Shown: positions 49,231 to 59,142 of the stretch, one piece after another
Position numbering within the stretch: position 1 is the stretch's first letter
Layout: each line of letters opens with the position of its first letter
Origin: Acidobacteriota bacterium
Lineage (GTDB): Bacteria; Acidobacteriota; UBA6911; RPQK01; JAJDTT01
Direction of reading: 5' to 3'
Assembly: GCA_965263035.1 (NCBI GenBank)
Contig: OZ253580.1
Location: 3,104,001-3,168,000, forward strand
DNA: 64,000 nt
Translations under genes and position numbers: made by a program
Notes under the pieces: generated by a model
Seen by the model: the letters and a program-made list of their open reading frames with translations, nothing else
Database searches by the model: none
Told to the model about the DNA's origin: nothing

Positions 49231-50073
49231 TCAATGGTTCGAGGCCGAATCCAGACTCGATTCAATCTCTCGGAGGTAAGAGATGCTCTCTCGGGCGATT
49301 CGCTCGCCGCCGGCCCGGAAATCGAAGACCTCCAAGGAGATCCAGCCCCCATAGTTCCGGTCCCGAAGGAACCGCAGGAGGCGTTCGAAGTCCACGTCTC
49401 CGGTGCCGGGGTGGCGGCCGTCGATCTCGTTCACGTGAACGTGGCGGATTCGGGACCAGTAACGCTCGACCAGACTGAGAAAGTGGCTCCCCTCATCGGC
49501 GGCGTTGTGGCAGTCGAACATGGTCTGGACGTGACCATGGGAAACCCGGTCCACGACTTCGACCGCTTCCGCGAGAGTGGAGACCACATCCGTCTCCTCG
49601 CTCGAAACGGCCTCCATCAGGAGCGTCACGTCCCGGTCCCTCGCCTCGGGGGCCAGCTCGGACAGACCCTCGGCGAGTCGTCCCAGAGCTTCTTGGGCCG
49701 TCATTCCGTCCCGTGTGTTCCGCTGATGGGGCGAGCCGAGGATCATGAGATGCCCCCCCAGGTCCGCGCAGAAGTCGATGAGCCGTGAGAGATAGGACCA
49801 ACTCTTCTCCCTCAGGGTCCGGTCCCGGGTCGTCAGATGCAGTCCCCTGGGCTTGACCAGGAGCCAGTGGATCCCCGAGCAGACCATTCCCTCTCCTTCG
49901 ATGGTCTCCCGAATCTGCCGCCGTTGCCGGAGCGAGATCTCATCCACCGAGTCGGCCAGGGTGAACGGGGCCACCTCCAGGCCTCGGTACCCCAACCCAC
50001 GCACCGTCCGGCAGGTCTGGGCCAGATCCTGTTCCCCAAAGATCTCACTGCAGATCGCATGTTTCAGTTGCAA
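49231..50073 (-). CDS. Sugar phosphate isomerase/epimerase
   Basis: AICSE, GLEVAPFT, GSPHQR, HVHVNE..G.HPGTG, WISLE. Confidence 0.9.
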   Translation of the reverse strand: MQLKHAICSEIFGEQDLAQTCRTVRGLGYRGLEVAPFTLADSVDEISLRQRRQIRETIEGEGMVCSGIHWLLVKPRGLHLTTRDRTLREKSWSYLSRLIDFCADLGGHLMILGSPHQRNTRDGMTAQEALGRLAEGLSELAPEARDRDVTLLMEAVSSEETDVVSTLAEAVEVVDRVSHGHVQTMFDCHNAADEGSHFLSLVERYWSRIRHVHVNEIDGRHPGTGDVDFERLLRFLRDRNYGGWISLEVFDFRAGGERIARESISYLREIESSLDSASNH

Positions 50074-50197
50074 AGCGCCACTCCCGTCACCGCTCCGGCC
50101 GAATCGCCGAATGCTTGTGCTGTAGTATAGAAATCTGCGTCGAAAGTCTCCACGGAATGCGAAAAACTTCGAAGACTGGGAAACACTGGAGGGTCAG

Positions 50198-51235
50198 GTG
50201 AAGCGGCGGGAGTTTCTCCGCAAGTCGTGCCTGTTTTCCAGCACCTCCTTGGCAACGGCGTTTCTTGCTCGAGATCTGCAACCGTCCCGGGCATCGTCGG
50301 CGGGGCCGGTTGACCGTCGGCGGGTGTTGGTATTCATCGAGTTGGCCGGAGGCTGCGATGGCCTCAACTCGCTGGTCCCGCACGGCCTGGATGACTACTA
50401 TCGGCAGCGCCCGAATCTGGCCATTCCTCCCGCGGCCGTCCTGAAGCTGGACCACGCCGTCGGATTCCATCCCTCCCTGGAAGGATTCAAGCGGTTGTTC
50501 GACGCGGGAAAGATGGCTCTGATTCAAGGAGTGGGCTTTCCCGATCCGAATCGATCCCATTTTCGGTCCAGAAAGATCTGGTATACGGCCCGGCTGGAAG
50601 CAGCGGCCGAGGGCGGTTTTCCGGACCGCAATTCCCTGCCGCAGCTCGGCATGCAGGTGCCGGATCCGGCCATCGCCGCACCTCGGCTGCCGGCGGGAGC
50701 GGAAAGCCGGGGGCGGGCCGTCCCATATCCGGACAGCCCCCTGGCTGCAAATCTGAAGGCCATCTCCCGTATCATTGCAGCCGGTACGGAAGTCCGGGTG
50801 TTCCACACCTGCCTGGGCGGCTTCGACACCCATGCCTTCCAGGTTGTTCCGGGGAATCCGACCCAAGGAATCCATGCCGGCCTCCTCTCCACACTTTCCG
50901 GAGCTGTCACGGCCTTTCTGGACGATCTGATCCACCAAGGCCGGGAAGAGCATGCCGTCGTCGTGATCTACAGCGAGTTCGGGCGCCGTCTGGCGGAGAA
51001 CGGGACTTTCGGAACCGACCACGGGACCGCCAATCCCATCTTCATTCTCGGAAAGGCGGTGGTTCCGGGTCTGCACGGGCGTCACCCGGGACTGTCTCCG
51101 AATGAGTTGACGCCGTCTGGAGACTTGGTTCATGCGGTGGACTTCCGTAGCGTCTACGCCGGGGTCCTGCCCGGTTGGGCGGGGATCGAAGTCGGATGCG
51201 CGCCCGATCCTCGGCTCTCCCTGTTGCGGATCTGA
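50198..51235 (+). CDS. DUF1501 family protein (Tat), short
   Basis: RREFL, LAGGCDGLN, PNRSHF, GGFDTH, SEFGRR..ENG..GTDHG. Confidence 0.9.
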   Translation: MKRREFLRKSCLFSSTSLATAFLARDLQPSRASSAGPVDRRRVLVFIELAGGCDGLNSLVPHGLDDYYRQRPNLAIPPAAVLKLDHAVGFHPSLEGFKRLFDAGKMALIQGVGFPDPNRSHFRSRKIWYTARLEAAAEGGFPDRNSLPQLGMQVPDPAIAAPRLPAGAESRGRAVPYPDSPLAANLKAISRIIAAGTEVRVFHTCLGGFDTHAFQVVPGNPTQGIHAGLLSTLSGAVTAFLDDLIHQGREEHAVVVIYSEFGRRLAENGTFGTDHGTANPIFILGKAVVPGLHGRHPGLSPNELTPSGDLVHAVDFRSVYAGVLPGWAGIEVGCAPDPRLSLLRI

Positions 51236-51329
51236 CTCGGTCACATATGCGGCCGGAAGACAGGCCATGGCCTGATTCGTTCCGCTCCTTCCCGGCGGGC
51301 CGGCTCCGGCCCCTTGATATCATGAGCCC

Positions 51330-52565
51330 ATGAGGCGAACCCGGATATTCACACCCGGACCGACTCCAGTCGCCCCGTCTGCACAGCTGGCCATGGCCAG
51401 TCCTCTGGTCCACCATCGCAAGGACGAGTTCCGGGAGCTGCTTCTCGAGACTCGAAGCCACCTTCAGGCTCTCTTCAGGACCAAGAACGACGTCGTCATC
51501 CTCACCGCGTCCGGGACCGGAGCCATGGAAGCTTCGGTGAGCAACCTCCTTTTCTCCGAGTCCCGGGCCCTGGCCGTCTCTGCCGGGAAGTTCGGTGATC
51601 GCTGGGTCCAGATCTGCCGGGCCTTCGACGTGCCCTGCCAAGTTCTGGAGAAACCGTACGGTGAAGCGGCCTCGGCCCTGGAGATCCAACGCGCTCTGGA
51701 GGCCGACGCGGATATCCGTGTCCTGTTGATTCAGGGGTGCGAGAGTTCCACCGCCACCATCCACGACCTGGAATCCATCGCGCGGACGGTCCGCAGCCGT
51801 TTCCCCGACGTCCTGGTGGTGGTGGATGCGATTACGGCTTTGGGAAGTCAGCCGGTGGAGACGGACGCCTGGGGTCTGGACGTGGTCATCGGCGGCGCCC
51901 AGAAGGCTTTTGCGATCCCGCCCGGCCTGTCCTTTCTGTCTCTGAGTTCCCGGGCGCTTGCCGCGATCCGGTCTTGTCCCGGACCGCGCTTCTACTTCGA
52001 CCTTCGCAAGGAAGTGAAGGGACAGCGCCGGGGGCAAACGGGGCTGACCCCTGCCGTGGCTCTGGTGCAGGCTCTGAACCGGACGAGTCGGGAAATGGTC
52101 GAGCAGGGTCTGGACCGGATTCTGGAGCAGGTCGAGGTCCGGGCGCGTTGTACGCGGCGAGGATTGGAAGCCCTCGGTTTCAGACAGCTCTCCTCTGCGC
52201 CCGCCAACGCCTTGACCGCCTGCTTTCCGCCTCCGGGGATCGACGCGGCCCGGCTGATCCAAATTCTTCAGGAGCGCTTCGGGATCATCGTGGCGGGCGG
52301 GCAGGGTGTACTGAAGGGGAAGATCATTCGTATCGGACACCTGGGCTACTTCGATCTGGTCGATGTCTTCGCGGTGATTTCGGCCATTGAGGTCTGTCTT
52401 CCGGAACTGGGCGCCCGTATCGACCTGGGGTCCGGCATCAAAGCGGCCATGCAGGAAGCCGTGACGCCGATTTTCACAGTCCGTGGTGAAAATCCCGCGA
52501 GCACCGGGACCGTTCCTGCGCCCGCCGGACAAGGCGCGATGAGGGAGCATACTCGGAGTATGTGA
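51330..52565 (+). CDS. Class V PLP aminotransferase (alanine/serine-glyoxylate type); C-terminus encoded by element B
   Basis: FTPGPT, SGTGAME, VDAIT, GAQKA..PPG, RIGHLG. Confidence 0.93.
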   Translation: MRRTRIFTPGPTPVAPSAQLAMASPLVHHRKDEFRELLLETRSHLQALFRTKNDVVILTASGTGAMEASVSNLLFSESRALAVSAGKFGDRWVQICRAFDVPCQVLEKPYGEAASALEIQRALEADADIRVLLIQGCESSTATIHDLESIARTVRSRFPDVLVVVDAITALGSQPVETDAWGLDVVIGGAQKAFAIPPGLSFLSLSSRALAAIRSCPGPRFYFDLRKEVKGQRRGQTGLTPAVALVQALNRTSREMVEQGLDRILEQVEVRARCTRRGLEALGFRQLSSAPANALTACFPPPGIDAARLIQILQERFGIIVAGGQGVLKGKIIRIGHLGYFDLVDVFAVISAIEVCLPELGARIDLGSGIKAAMQEAVTPIFTVRGENPASTGTVPAPAGQGAMREHTRSM

Positions 52566-52635
52566 CCGAATCGCAACGCAGTCCGCGCGCGATGCAGGGA
52601 CGGTCGAATGCCGTGGCGGCTTTTGCCACGGGCTG
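52477..52635. mobile_element. Element B, MITE-like with ERIC-like core, copy 1, TTCA target duplication
   Basis: TIRs CAGTCCGTGGTGAAAA / TTTTGCCACGGGCTG; TTCA at 52473-52476 and 52636-52639; homologous copy at 57708-58031. Confidence 0.9.
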
Positions 52636-52636
52636 T

Positions 52637-53563
52637 TCAGCCCAGGATAGAGTCCACGAAGGTCTGGCGATCGAAGGGCGCCAGGTCCTCCAACCCCTCT
52701 CCCGTGCCGACGAAACGGATGGGGATCTTCAGTTGACTGGCGATTGCGGCGATGATCCCCCCCTTGGCTGTGCCGTCCAGCTTGGTGACGACGATTCCGG
52801 TGACGCCAAGGGAGGTCATGAACTCCCGAGCCTGGATGAGACCGTTTTGTCCGGTTGTCGCGTCCAGAACCAGGTAGACGTCGTGAGGCGCACCGGGAAC
52901 CAGCCTGCCGGCGACACGAGCCATTTTCTTGACCTCTTCCATGAGATTTCGCTTGGTGTGCAACCGGCCGGCCGTATCGGCGATGAGGACGTCCTTGTTA
53001 CGGGCCTTCGCCGCCTGCAAGGCGTCGTGCAAGACCGCCGCGGGATCGGTCCCGCCCCGCTGCATGATCAGGTCGGCCCGGCTACGGCGGCACCAGACGC
53101 TCAGTTGTTCCACCGCGGCGGCGCGAAACGTGTCCGACGCCGCGACGATGGCGCTCTTGCCGGCCCGGGCGTAACGATGGGCCAGCTTGCCGATGGTCGT
53201 CGTCTTGCCGACACCGTTGACTCCCACCATCAGGACCACGTGGGGTTTCTGGACCCATTCTTCCTGCCAACCCGGAGCCTCGAACAGCTCAAGGAGTTCG
53301 GAAGCCAGAAGCTTGCGAGCCTGTCCGGAACTGATCGGCCGTTTTCCCCGGCTGCTCTGACGGATTTTCTCCACCAGGCTTTCGCTGGTCTCGACTCCCA
53401 GGTCGGCCCCGATGAGGAGATATTCCAACTCTTCCAGCTGTTCCGGTGAGATGGGACTCTCCCGAGGTCCCAGCAATTCGTTCACCCTTCGGCTCAGCTC
53501 CTGGCGGGTCGACTGAAGCGCTCTCTTCAAGCGTCCGAAATAGCCGGGTCGTGCATTCGACAT
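52637..53563 (-). CDS. ftsY: Signal recognition particle receptor FtsY
   Basis: GVNGVGKTTT, DTFRAAA, DTAGR, TKLDGTAKGG. Confidence 0.97.
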   Translation of the reverse strand: MSNARPGYFGRLKRALQSTRQELSRRVNELLGPRESPISPEQLEELEYLLIGADLGVETSESLVEKIRQSSRGKRPISSGQARKLLASELLELFEAPGWQEEWVQKPHVVLMVGVNGVGKTTTIGKLAHRYARAGKSAIVAASDTFRAAAVEQLSVWCRRSRADLIMQRGGTDPAAVLHDALQAAKARNKDVLIADTAGRLHTKRNLMEEVKKMARVAGRLVPGAPHDVYLVLDATTGQNGLIQAREFMTSLGVTGIVVTKLDGTAKGGIIAAIASQLKIPIRFVGTGEGLEDLAPFDRQTFVDSILG

Positions 53564-53571
53564 TGGGGGAT

Positions 53572-54183
53572 TCAGCTTGAGTTGTTGCTACCGACCAGGA
53601 CGTATTCCTGGAAGTCGCGCCTGACCTGTCGGCTGTGACCCTGTTCCAGGCTCGACAGGGTCCGCTCCAGTTGGTGCGTCAGCTCCCGGCAGAAGGCCAT
53701 CAGGTTGGGCACGCGTATTCCTTCCAGAGCCAGCGAGGTGGCCGTGGAGCCCAACTCACCGGGGAGCGACCGATGAAAGAGGTTGACTCCGATGCCGACG
53801 ATGGCCCACTGGATTCGTTCCGTTTGGGTCCCCATCTCGATCAGAATGCCGGCGCACTTCTTGCCGCTCAGCAGCACGTCGTTGGGCAGTTTGATGCGCA
53901 GGGCCGCCCCCGGCCCGCTCCAGGTGGCAATGGCTCGCACCACACCCAGGGCCGCGGCCTGGGTCAGATCCTCCGCCCGGCGGACCTCGGAGGCGGGAAA
54001 GCAGAGATAGGACGCGTAGAGTCCCATGCCCCTCGGGGAATGCCAGGAGCGTCCGAAGCGTCCCCGGCCCCCGGTCTGCTCTTCGGCGACGGCCACGCGG
54101 GCCTTCCCCGATTCGATGAACACGTTCAGGTAGTCGCTGGTCGAGTCGACTCGGGCCAGATAGTCCAACTGCCGGAAACGCAT
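53572..54183 (-). CDS. birA: Biotin-protein ligase without HTH (group I)
   Basis: DSTS, QTGGRGR.GR.W, K.PND, KCAGIL. Confidence 0.9.
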   Translation of the reverse strand: MRFRQLDYLARVDSTSDYLNVFIESGKARVAVAEEQTGGRGRFGRSWHSPRGMGLYASYLCFPASEVRRAEDLTQAAALGVVRAIATWSGPGAALRIKLPNDVLLSGKKCAGILIEMGTQTERIQWAIVGIGVNLFHRSLPGELGSTATSLALEGIRVPNLMAFCRELTHQLERTLSSLEQGHSRQVRRDFQEYVLVGSNNSS

Positions 54184-54202
54184 CTTAGAACTCAGCGTCC
54201 TC

Positions 54203-55045
54203 TCAGTCCCGGTCCAGAATCAGACTGATGTCGCTGGAGGCGACGGAGTGGGTCAGCGAACCCATGGAAATGAAGTCGACGCCGGTCTCAGCATAAGCTT
54301 GCAGATTCTGGCCGGTGATGCCGCCTGAGACCTCCACCAGACACCGGCCCGCGCAGGCGGCGACCGATCGCCGGACTTCCTCCGCCGGCATGTTGTCCAG
54401 CAGGACGGCGTCCGCTCCGGCGTCCAGAGCCGCGGCCAGTTCATCCTGGTTGGTGACCTCCACCTGGATCCGCTGCAGATGACCGCAGCGCTCCCGGCAC
54501 GCCTGCACGGCCGCTCCGATGCCCCCAGCGGCGGCAATGTGGTTTTCCTTGATGAGAACGCCGTCATCCAGCCCCATCCGATGATTCTGTCCGCCCCCCA
54601 TTCGGACCGCGTATTTCTCCAGGCCGCGCCAGAGGGGCGTGGTCTTCCGAGTGTCCAGGACGCGGACACGGCTGGAACCGATCCGGTCCACGCAGCCTCG
54701 GGTCTGGGTGGCGATTCCGCAGAGTCGCTGGAGAAAATTCAACGCGACTCTCTCGGCTTTCAGGAGGACGGATACGGACGCCTCCAGGGTTCCCATGCAA
54801 CCCGGCTCGACCCAGTCCCCTTCGCCGTATCGAATCTGGCCGGCGACAGGGCCCAGGAGCTGAAAAACCCGGATGAAGACCGGCCAACCGGCCAGGACCA
54901 TACGCTGGCGAGCCAGAACCTGAGCCGTCCGGACCCCATCGGCATGGGGGGTGGACTGCAGTATGGCCTCGGTCGTGATGTCGCCTCGTCCCAGGTCCTC
55001 CTGGAGGGCTTGGCGAAGCCGGGGATCAAGGCTCAGGAAGTCCAT
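54203..55045 (-). CDS. nadC: Quinolinate phosphoribosyltransferase
   Basis: EDLG.GDITT, ERVALN, DTRKTTP, NHR.GL.D, LLDNM. Confidence 0.96.
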   Translation of the reverse strand: MDFLSLDPRLRQALQEDLGRGDITTEAILQSTPHADGVRTAQVLARQRMVLAGWPVFIRVFQLLGPVAGQIRYGEGDWVEPGCMGTLEASVSVLLKAERVALNFLQRLCGIATQTRGCVDRIGSSRVRVLDTRKTTPLWRGLEKYAVRMGGGQNHRMGLDDGVLIKENHIAAAGGIGAAVQACRERCGHLQRIQVEVTNQDELAAALDAGADAVLLDNMPAEEVRRSVAACAGRCLVEVSGGITGQNLQAYAETGVDFISMGSLTHSVASSDISLILDRD

Positions 55046-57671
55046 GGAGCATGTCCTGAAGCCGTCTCAGTTGAGTTCCAACGTCCTGCCGGCGCCGTCG
55101 AGCGCCGTCCACGATGTGGGCCGGAGCCTTGCGAACGAAGTTTTCGTTGTCCAGTTTGCGGTCAAGCCGAATCCGATCTTCCTCGAGCCGGCCGATCTGA
55201 CGTTGCAGCCGGTCTTTCTCCGCTGCCAGATCGATGGCCTCGTCCAGCCGCAGGGAGAACTGAGTCGTGTCGGCCACGCCGGTGATGCGCAGTCCTTCCC
55301 GGCTCAGCCCGTCCAGGAACTCGATCTCGCTGAGTCGGGCCAGATTCTTCAGGTGGTGAGTCTGAGATTCTAGGAAACTGCGGGTCAGAAACGAACAGGT
55401 GAACTCGGCGGGAAGGCGCCTCCTGGGATCGATGTTGTTCTCGGCTCGAGCCGTTCGCAGCGCCGTGATCAACTCCTGGAGTTGGATCATGCGGTGGATG
55501 TCATCCCGGTCGATCCATTCCGGCCGGGCCTCCGGATAGGGGGCCAGCATGATGGTTTCGCCCGAATGCGGGAGCCGTTGCCAAAGTTCCTCCGTCAGGA
55601 AGGGCACGAAGGGGTGAAGCAACCGGAGAGAGCGTTCCAGGACATGGGCGGCGACCTGGGCGGCAACGGTGTCGCCGCCGTTGATTCGCCCCTTGATCAA
55701 CTCGACGTACCAGTCGCAGAACTCATGCCAGAAGAAGTGGTAGAGATCGTTGCTGGCGCTGTGAATGAAGAACCGCTCCAGATTCCTTTCCGTGTCCTGA
55801 TTGATCTGCTGGAGCCGGCCCAGAATCCATCTGTCCTCCAGCCGCAGGGAACCCTTCTCCCAAAGTCTGCCGATATCCTCCTCGTCGGCGTTCAGTCCTT
55901 GATCCAGGTTCAGCAGCAGATAGCGGGCGCCGTTCCAGATCTTGTTGCAGAAGGCCCGGTAGCCGGCCATGCGGCTGATGGAGAAAGGGATGTCGGCTCC
56001 GGGGGCGGCTGAGACCGCCAGCGTGAACCGGACCGCATCGCACCCGTACTCCTCGATGACCTCCAGCGGGTCGATGATGTTGCCCTTGGACTTGGACATC
56101 TTCTGCCCATGCTGGTCGCGGACCAGTCCGGTGATGAAGACTTGTCTGAAGGGCACATCTCTCCGGAAGCGGAGGCCGAGCATCATCATGCGGGCGACCC
56201 AGAAGAAGATGATGTCGAATCCCGTGACCAGGGTGCTGGTGGGATAGAAGGTCTCCAGGTCCCGCGTCCGGTCCGGCCAGCCCAGAGTCGAAAAGGGCCA
56301 GAGGCCGGAACTGAACCAGGTGTCCAGGACATCCGATTCCTGAACCTGACGAGCACTTCCGCAGCGGGAACAGGATTCGGGCTCGGTTCGGGCCACGGTC
56401 GAGTGGCCGCAGTCCTCGCAGGTCCAGGCGGGGATGCGGTGTCCCCACCAGAGTTGCCGGCTGATGCACCAGTCGTGGATGTTGGTCATCCAATCGGAAT
56501 AGATTTTCGTGTAATTCCCGGGGACGAAAACGGTCGAACCGTCCTCGACTGCCTGGAGAGCGGTCTGAGCCAGCGGCTTCACCCTGACGAACCACTGCGT
56601 CGAAACCAGAGGCTCCACCACCGTCGAGCATCTCTGGCACCGCCCCACATTGTGGTCGTGGGTCTCAACCCTCTCCAGCAAGCCCAGGCGTTCCAGCTCG
56701 GCGGCAACCCGCCGCCGGGCCTCGTAGCGATCCAGTCCGGCGAAGGCTCCCGCGTCGGCGGTCATCCGGCCGTCCTCGTCGATCACCTTCACGATGGGCA
56801 GTGCATGGCGCCGGCCCGCTTCGAAGTCGTTGGGGTCGTGTCCCGGAGTGACCTTTACGGCTCCGGTCCCGAATTCGCGGTCGACGAAGGAGTCCTCGAT
56901 GATGGGGATTTCCCGCTTCATCAAGGGCAGAACGGCGGTTTGGCCCCGGAGGTGGTGGTAGCGGCCGTCATCGGGATGAACCGCTACGGCGGTGTCCCCC
57001 AGCATGGTCTCGGGACGAGTGGTGGCCACCACCAGAAACTCATCCGAAGACTTGACCGGATAACGGATATGCCAGAGGTGGCCCCGCGTGGGTGCGAACT
57101 CCACCTCGAGATCCGAGATGGCGGTGCGGCAACGGGGACACCAGTTGACCAGGTACTCCCCCTTGTAGATGAGCCCCTCTTCGTAGAGGCGGACGAAAAC
57201 CTCTCTCACCGCCCGGGACAGCCCCTCGTCCAAGGTGAACCTCTGGCGGCTCCAGTCGCAGGAGCATCCCAGCTTGCGGATCTGGGAGAGAATGTTGTTC
57301 TCCGCTATCTTCTTCCACTTCCAGACCCGCTTCTCGAAGGCGGTTCGGCCCAGGTCCGAACGGGTCTTTCCCTCCTCTGCCAACTGACGTTCCACTACGT
57401 TCTGGGTGGCGATTCCCGCATGGTCCGTGCCCGGCAGCCAGAGGGTGTTGAAACCCTTCATCCGCTTCCAGCGGATCAGAATGTCCTGGAGCGTGCAGTT
57501 GAGGGCGTGGCCCATGTGCAGGGACCCGGTGACGTTCGGGGGAGGAATCACGATACTGTAGGCCGGCTTGCCGGAATCGGTGCCGCCCTTGAAGTAGCCT
57601 CTCTCTTCCCAGAGGGTGTACCACTTCCGTTCGACTCGCTTCGGCTCGTAGGTCTTGGCCAGGTTGATCAA
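55026..57671 (-). CDS. valS: Valine-tRNA ligase
   Basis: [30 protein letters not shown]; TTG start at 57671 inferred because further upstream is repeat DNA. Confidence 0.97.
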   Translation of the reverse strand: MINLAKTYEPKRVERKWYTLWEERGYFKGGTDSGKPAYSIVIPPPNVTGSLHMGHALNCTLQDILIRWKRMKGFNTLWLPGTDHAGIATQNVVERQLAEEGKTRSDLGRTAFEKRVWKWKKIAENNILSQIRKLGCSCDWSRQRFTLDEGLSRAVREVFVRLYEEGLIYKGEYLVNWCPRCRTAISDLEVEFAPTRGHLWHIRYPVKSSDEFLVVATTRPETMLGDTAVAVHPDDGRYHHLRGQTAVLPLMKREIPIIEDSFVDREFGTGAVKVTPGHDPNDFEAGRRHALPIVKVIDEDGRMTADAGAFAGLDRYEARRRVAAELERLGLLERVETHDHNVGRCQRCSTVVEPLVSTQWFVRVKPLAQTALQAVEDGSTVFVPGNYTKIYSDWMTNIHDWCISRQLWWGHRIPAWTCEDCGHSTVARTEPESCSRCGSARQVQESDVLDTWFSSGLWPFSTLGWPDRTRDLETFYPTSTLVTGFDIIFFWVARMMMLGLRFRRDVPFRQVFITGLVRDQHGQKMSKSKGNIIDPLEVIEEYGCDAVRFTLAVSAAPGADIPFSISRMAGYRAFCNKIWNGARYLLLNLDQGLNADEEDIGRLWEKGSLRLEDRWILGRLQQINQDTERNLERFFIHSASNDLYHFFWHEFCDWYVELIKGRINGGDTVAAQVAAHVLERSLRLLHPFVPFLTEELWQRLPHSGETIMLAPYPEARPEWIDRDDIHRMIQLQELITALRTARAENNIDPRRRLPAEFTCSFLTRSFLESQTHHLKNLARLSEIEFLDGLSREGLRITGVADTTQFSLRLDEAIDLAAEKDRLQRQIGRLEEDRIRLDRKLDNENFVRKAPAHIVDGARRRRQDVGTQLRRLQDMLHGLPEP

Positions 57672-57707
57672 TCCGAATGCCCCGGTTGAATCGATGGATC
57701 GGGCTAG

Positions 57708-58031
57708 CAGCCCGTGGCCAAAGCCGTCACGGCATTCGACCGGGTCTGCATCGTGCGCGGACTGCGTTGCGCCTCGGTCACATAGGAGCCTGCGCCGCAG
57801 AAATTGATCTACTGCGAAAGCAGTAGAATCGGTCCATATTTCCTCGATTTCTCGGCGAATAGAACAACTATGCACCTCCAAATCGAGAAAATCTGGCCTC
57901 GATTCCCCACTTTCTCGCTACGATCATTTCTACTGCGCAGACTCCTAGGGTCGAATATGCTCCCTCACCGCGCCTTGTCCGGCGGGCGCAGCCCCGGTCT
58001 CGGTGCTACGCGGGATTTTCACCACGGACTG
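57708..58031. mobile_element. Element B copy 2 (inverted) carrying nested element A
   Basis: Both halves match the reverse complement of 52477-52635; 324 bp minus the 163-bp insert leaves 161 bp. Confidence 0.9.
57782..57948. mobile_element. Element A copy 3, nested in element B (target ATAG)
   Basis: aTA-GGAGCCTGCGCC...GCGCAGACTCC-TAg. Confidence 0.93.
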
Positions 58032-58146
58032 TCAGGAAGGAGGGATTATAGCAGACTCACGGAGGGGCACTTCCGCGGCGGAGCCGGCAGTCCGTTCCCG
58101 GATGAACTGCTGTTCTTGGGATGGATGGCGCTTCGTCGGGACTCGG

Positions 58147-59136
58147 TCAGCGAAGCGATTCGTCGCTCCCGGACTCTCCCATCTGGCGTTGTTCGGCGCG
58201 GCGGCGCGCCACCTCGTAGGGATCCTCGCGTCCGGTAAAGATCCCCAAGACGCCTCGGACCGGGGAGAGGATCGAGAATCCGTCTTTCTCGTATTGCTTC
58301 ATGCGAGCCAGGTTCCGAGCGGCCCTGGCCTGGTCCAACTCCGGGACCGGTCTTTCCAGAAGGATCAGCTTCTCCCTGGAGTCTTCGAAGTAGGGGCTGA
58401 ACTCGTACTCTCGCGCCACCCGGGAGTAGTAGACCGTCGCTTCCTCGACCCGTCCCAGATTCTCCAGAGACGCGGCCAGGTGAAACAGGCTCGCGTCGAG
58501 CCGGCTGAACTCATTGTATTCCTCCACCACCTCTTCGAATCGGTTGGCCGCGGCTGAATATCGTTTCTTCCCAAAGTAGAAGTCGCCGACCCCGTGGACC
58601 CCTTTGGCCAGATCCTCACGCACCTGCCGGAGAAACTCTTCCGCCGTCGGCACATACTCGCTGTCCGGGAAGTCATCCAGGAACTTCTTCAGTTCGATCT
58701 CCGCCTTGCGGGTGTAGGTGGGGTCCCGATCATGAGGCTTCATGAGCCGGTAGTTGATGGCGGCGATCCTCATCTGGGAGTTGTCCGCGCTTTCGTGGGT
58801 GGGGTAGAAAATGATGAAGTCCTTGTACTGAGCCTCCGCTTGGAGCAGGTTCTCCCTGCCTCCTTCCTCGTAATAGGAGTCGGCGATGGAGAGGAACGAG
58901 GTCGGAGTGTACTCGCTCTCGGGATAGGTGCTGATGAGCGTCTGGAAGGAGAGGCGCGACTTGATGAAGTGTTTTTTGCCCAGGAACTTCATCCCGTTTT
59001 CGAAGAGGGTCTTGTCAGGCGCCACCGCCCCCTCCTGAAGATCCGCTCCTTTGCGGCCGCCACAGGAGGCCAGAATGATCAAGGAACTCGACAGCAAGGT
59101 CAGCCTGACAAGGGTTCTCATTTTCACTGTCCCCAT
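58147..59136 (-). CDS. bamD: Outer membrane protein assembly factor BamD
   Basis: Lipobox LASC, TPR helices, FQTLISTYP.S, DRDPT, AAANRF. Confidence 0.88.
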   Translation of the reverse strand: MGTVKMRTLVRLTLLSSSLIILASCGGRKGADLQEGAVAPDKTLFENGMKFLGKKHFIKSRLSFQTLISTYPESEYTPTSFLSIADSYYEEGGRENLLQAEAQYKDFIIFYPTHESADNSQMRIAAINYRLMKPHDRDPTYTRKAEIELKKFLDDFPDSEYVPTAEEFLRQVREDLAKGVHGVGDFYFGKKRYSAAANRFEEVVEEYNEFSRLDASLFHLAASLENLGRVEEATVYYSRVAREYEFSPYFEDSREKLILLERPVPELDQARAARNLARMKQYEKDGFSILSPVRGVLGIFTGREDPYEVARRRAEQRQMGESGSDESLR

Positions 59137-59142
59137 TTCAGA

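Noticed and set aside
51237-51248. CTCGGTCACATA match to the element B core
   Set aside because: Only 12 bp with no flanking similarity; may be chance.
57672-57881. 70-aa N-terminal extension of ValS in the ORF track
   Set aside because: Most of it is translated from nested elements A and B; ValS similarity starts at L.KTYEP near 57671.
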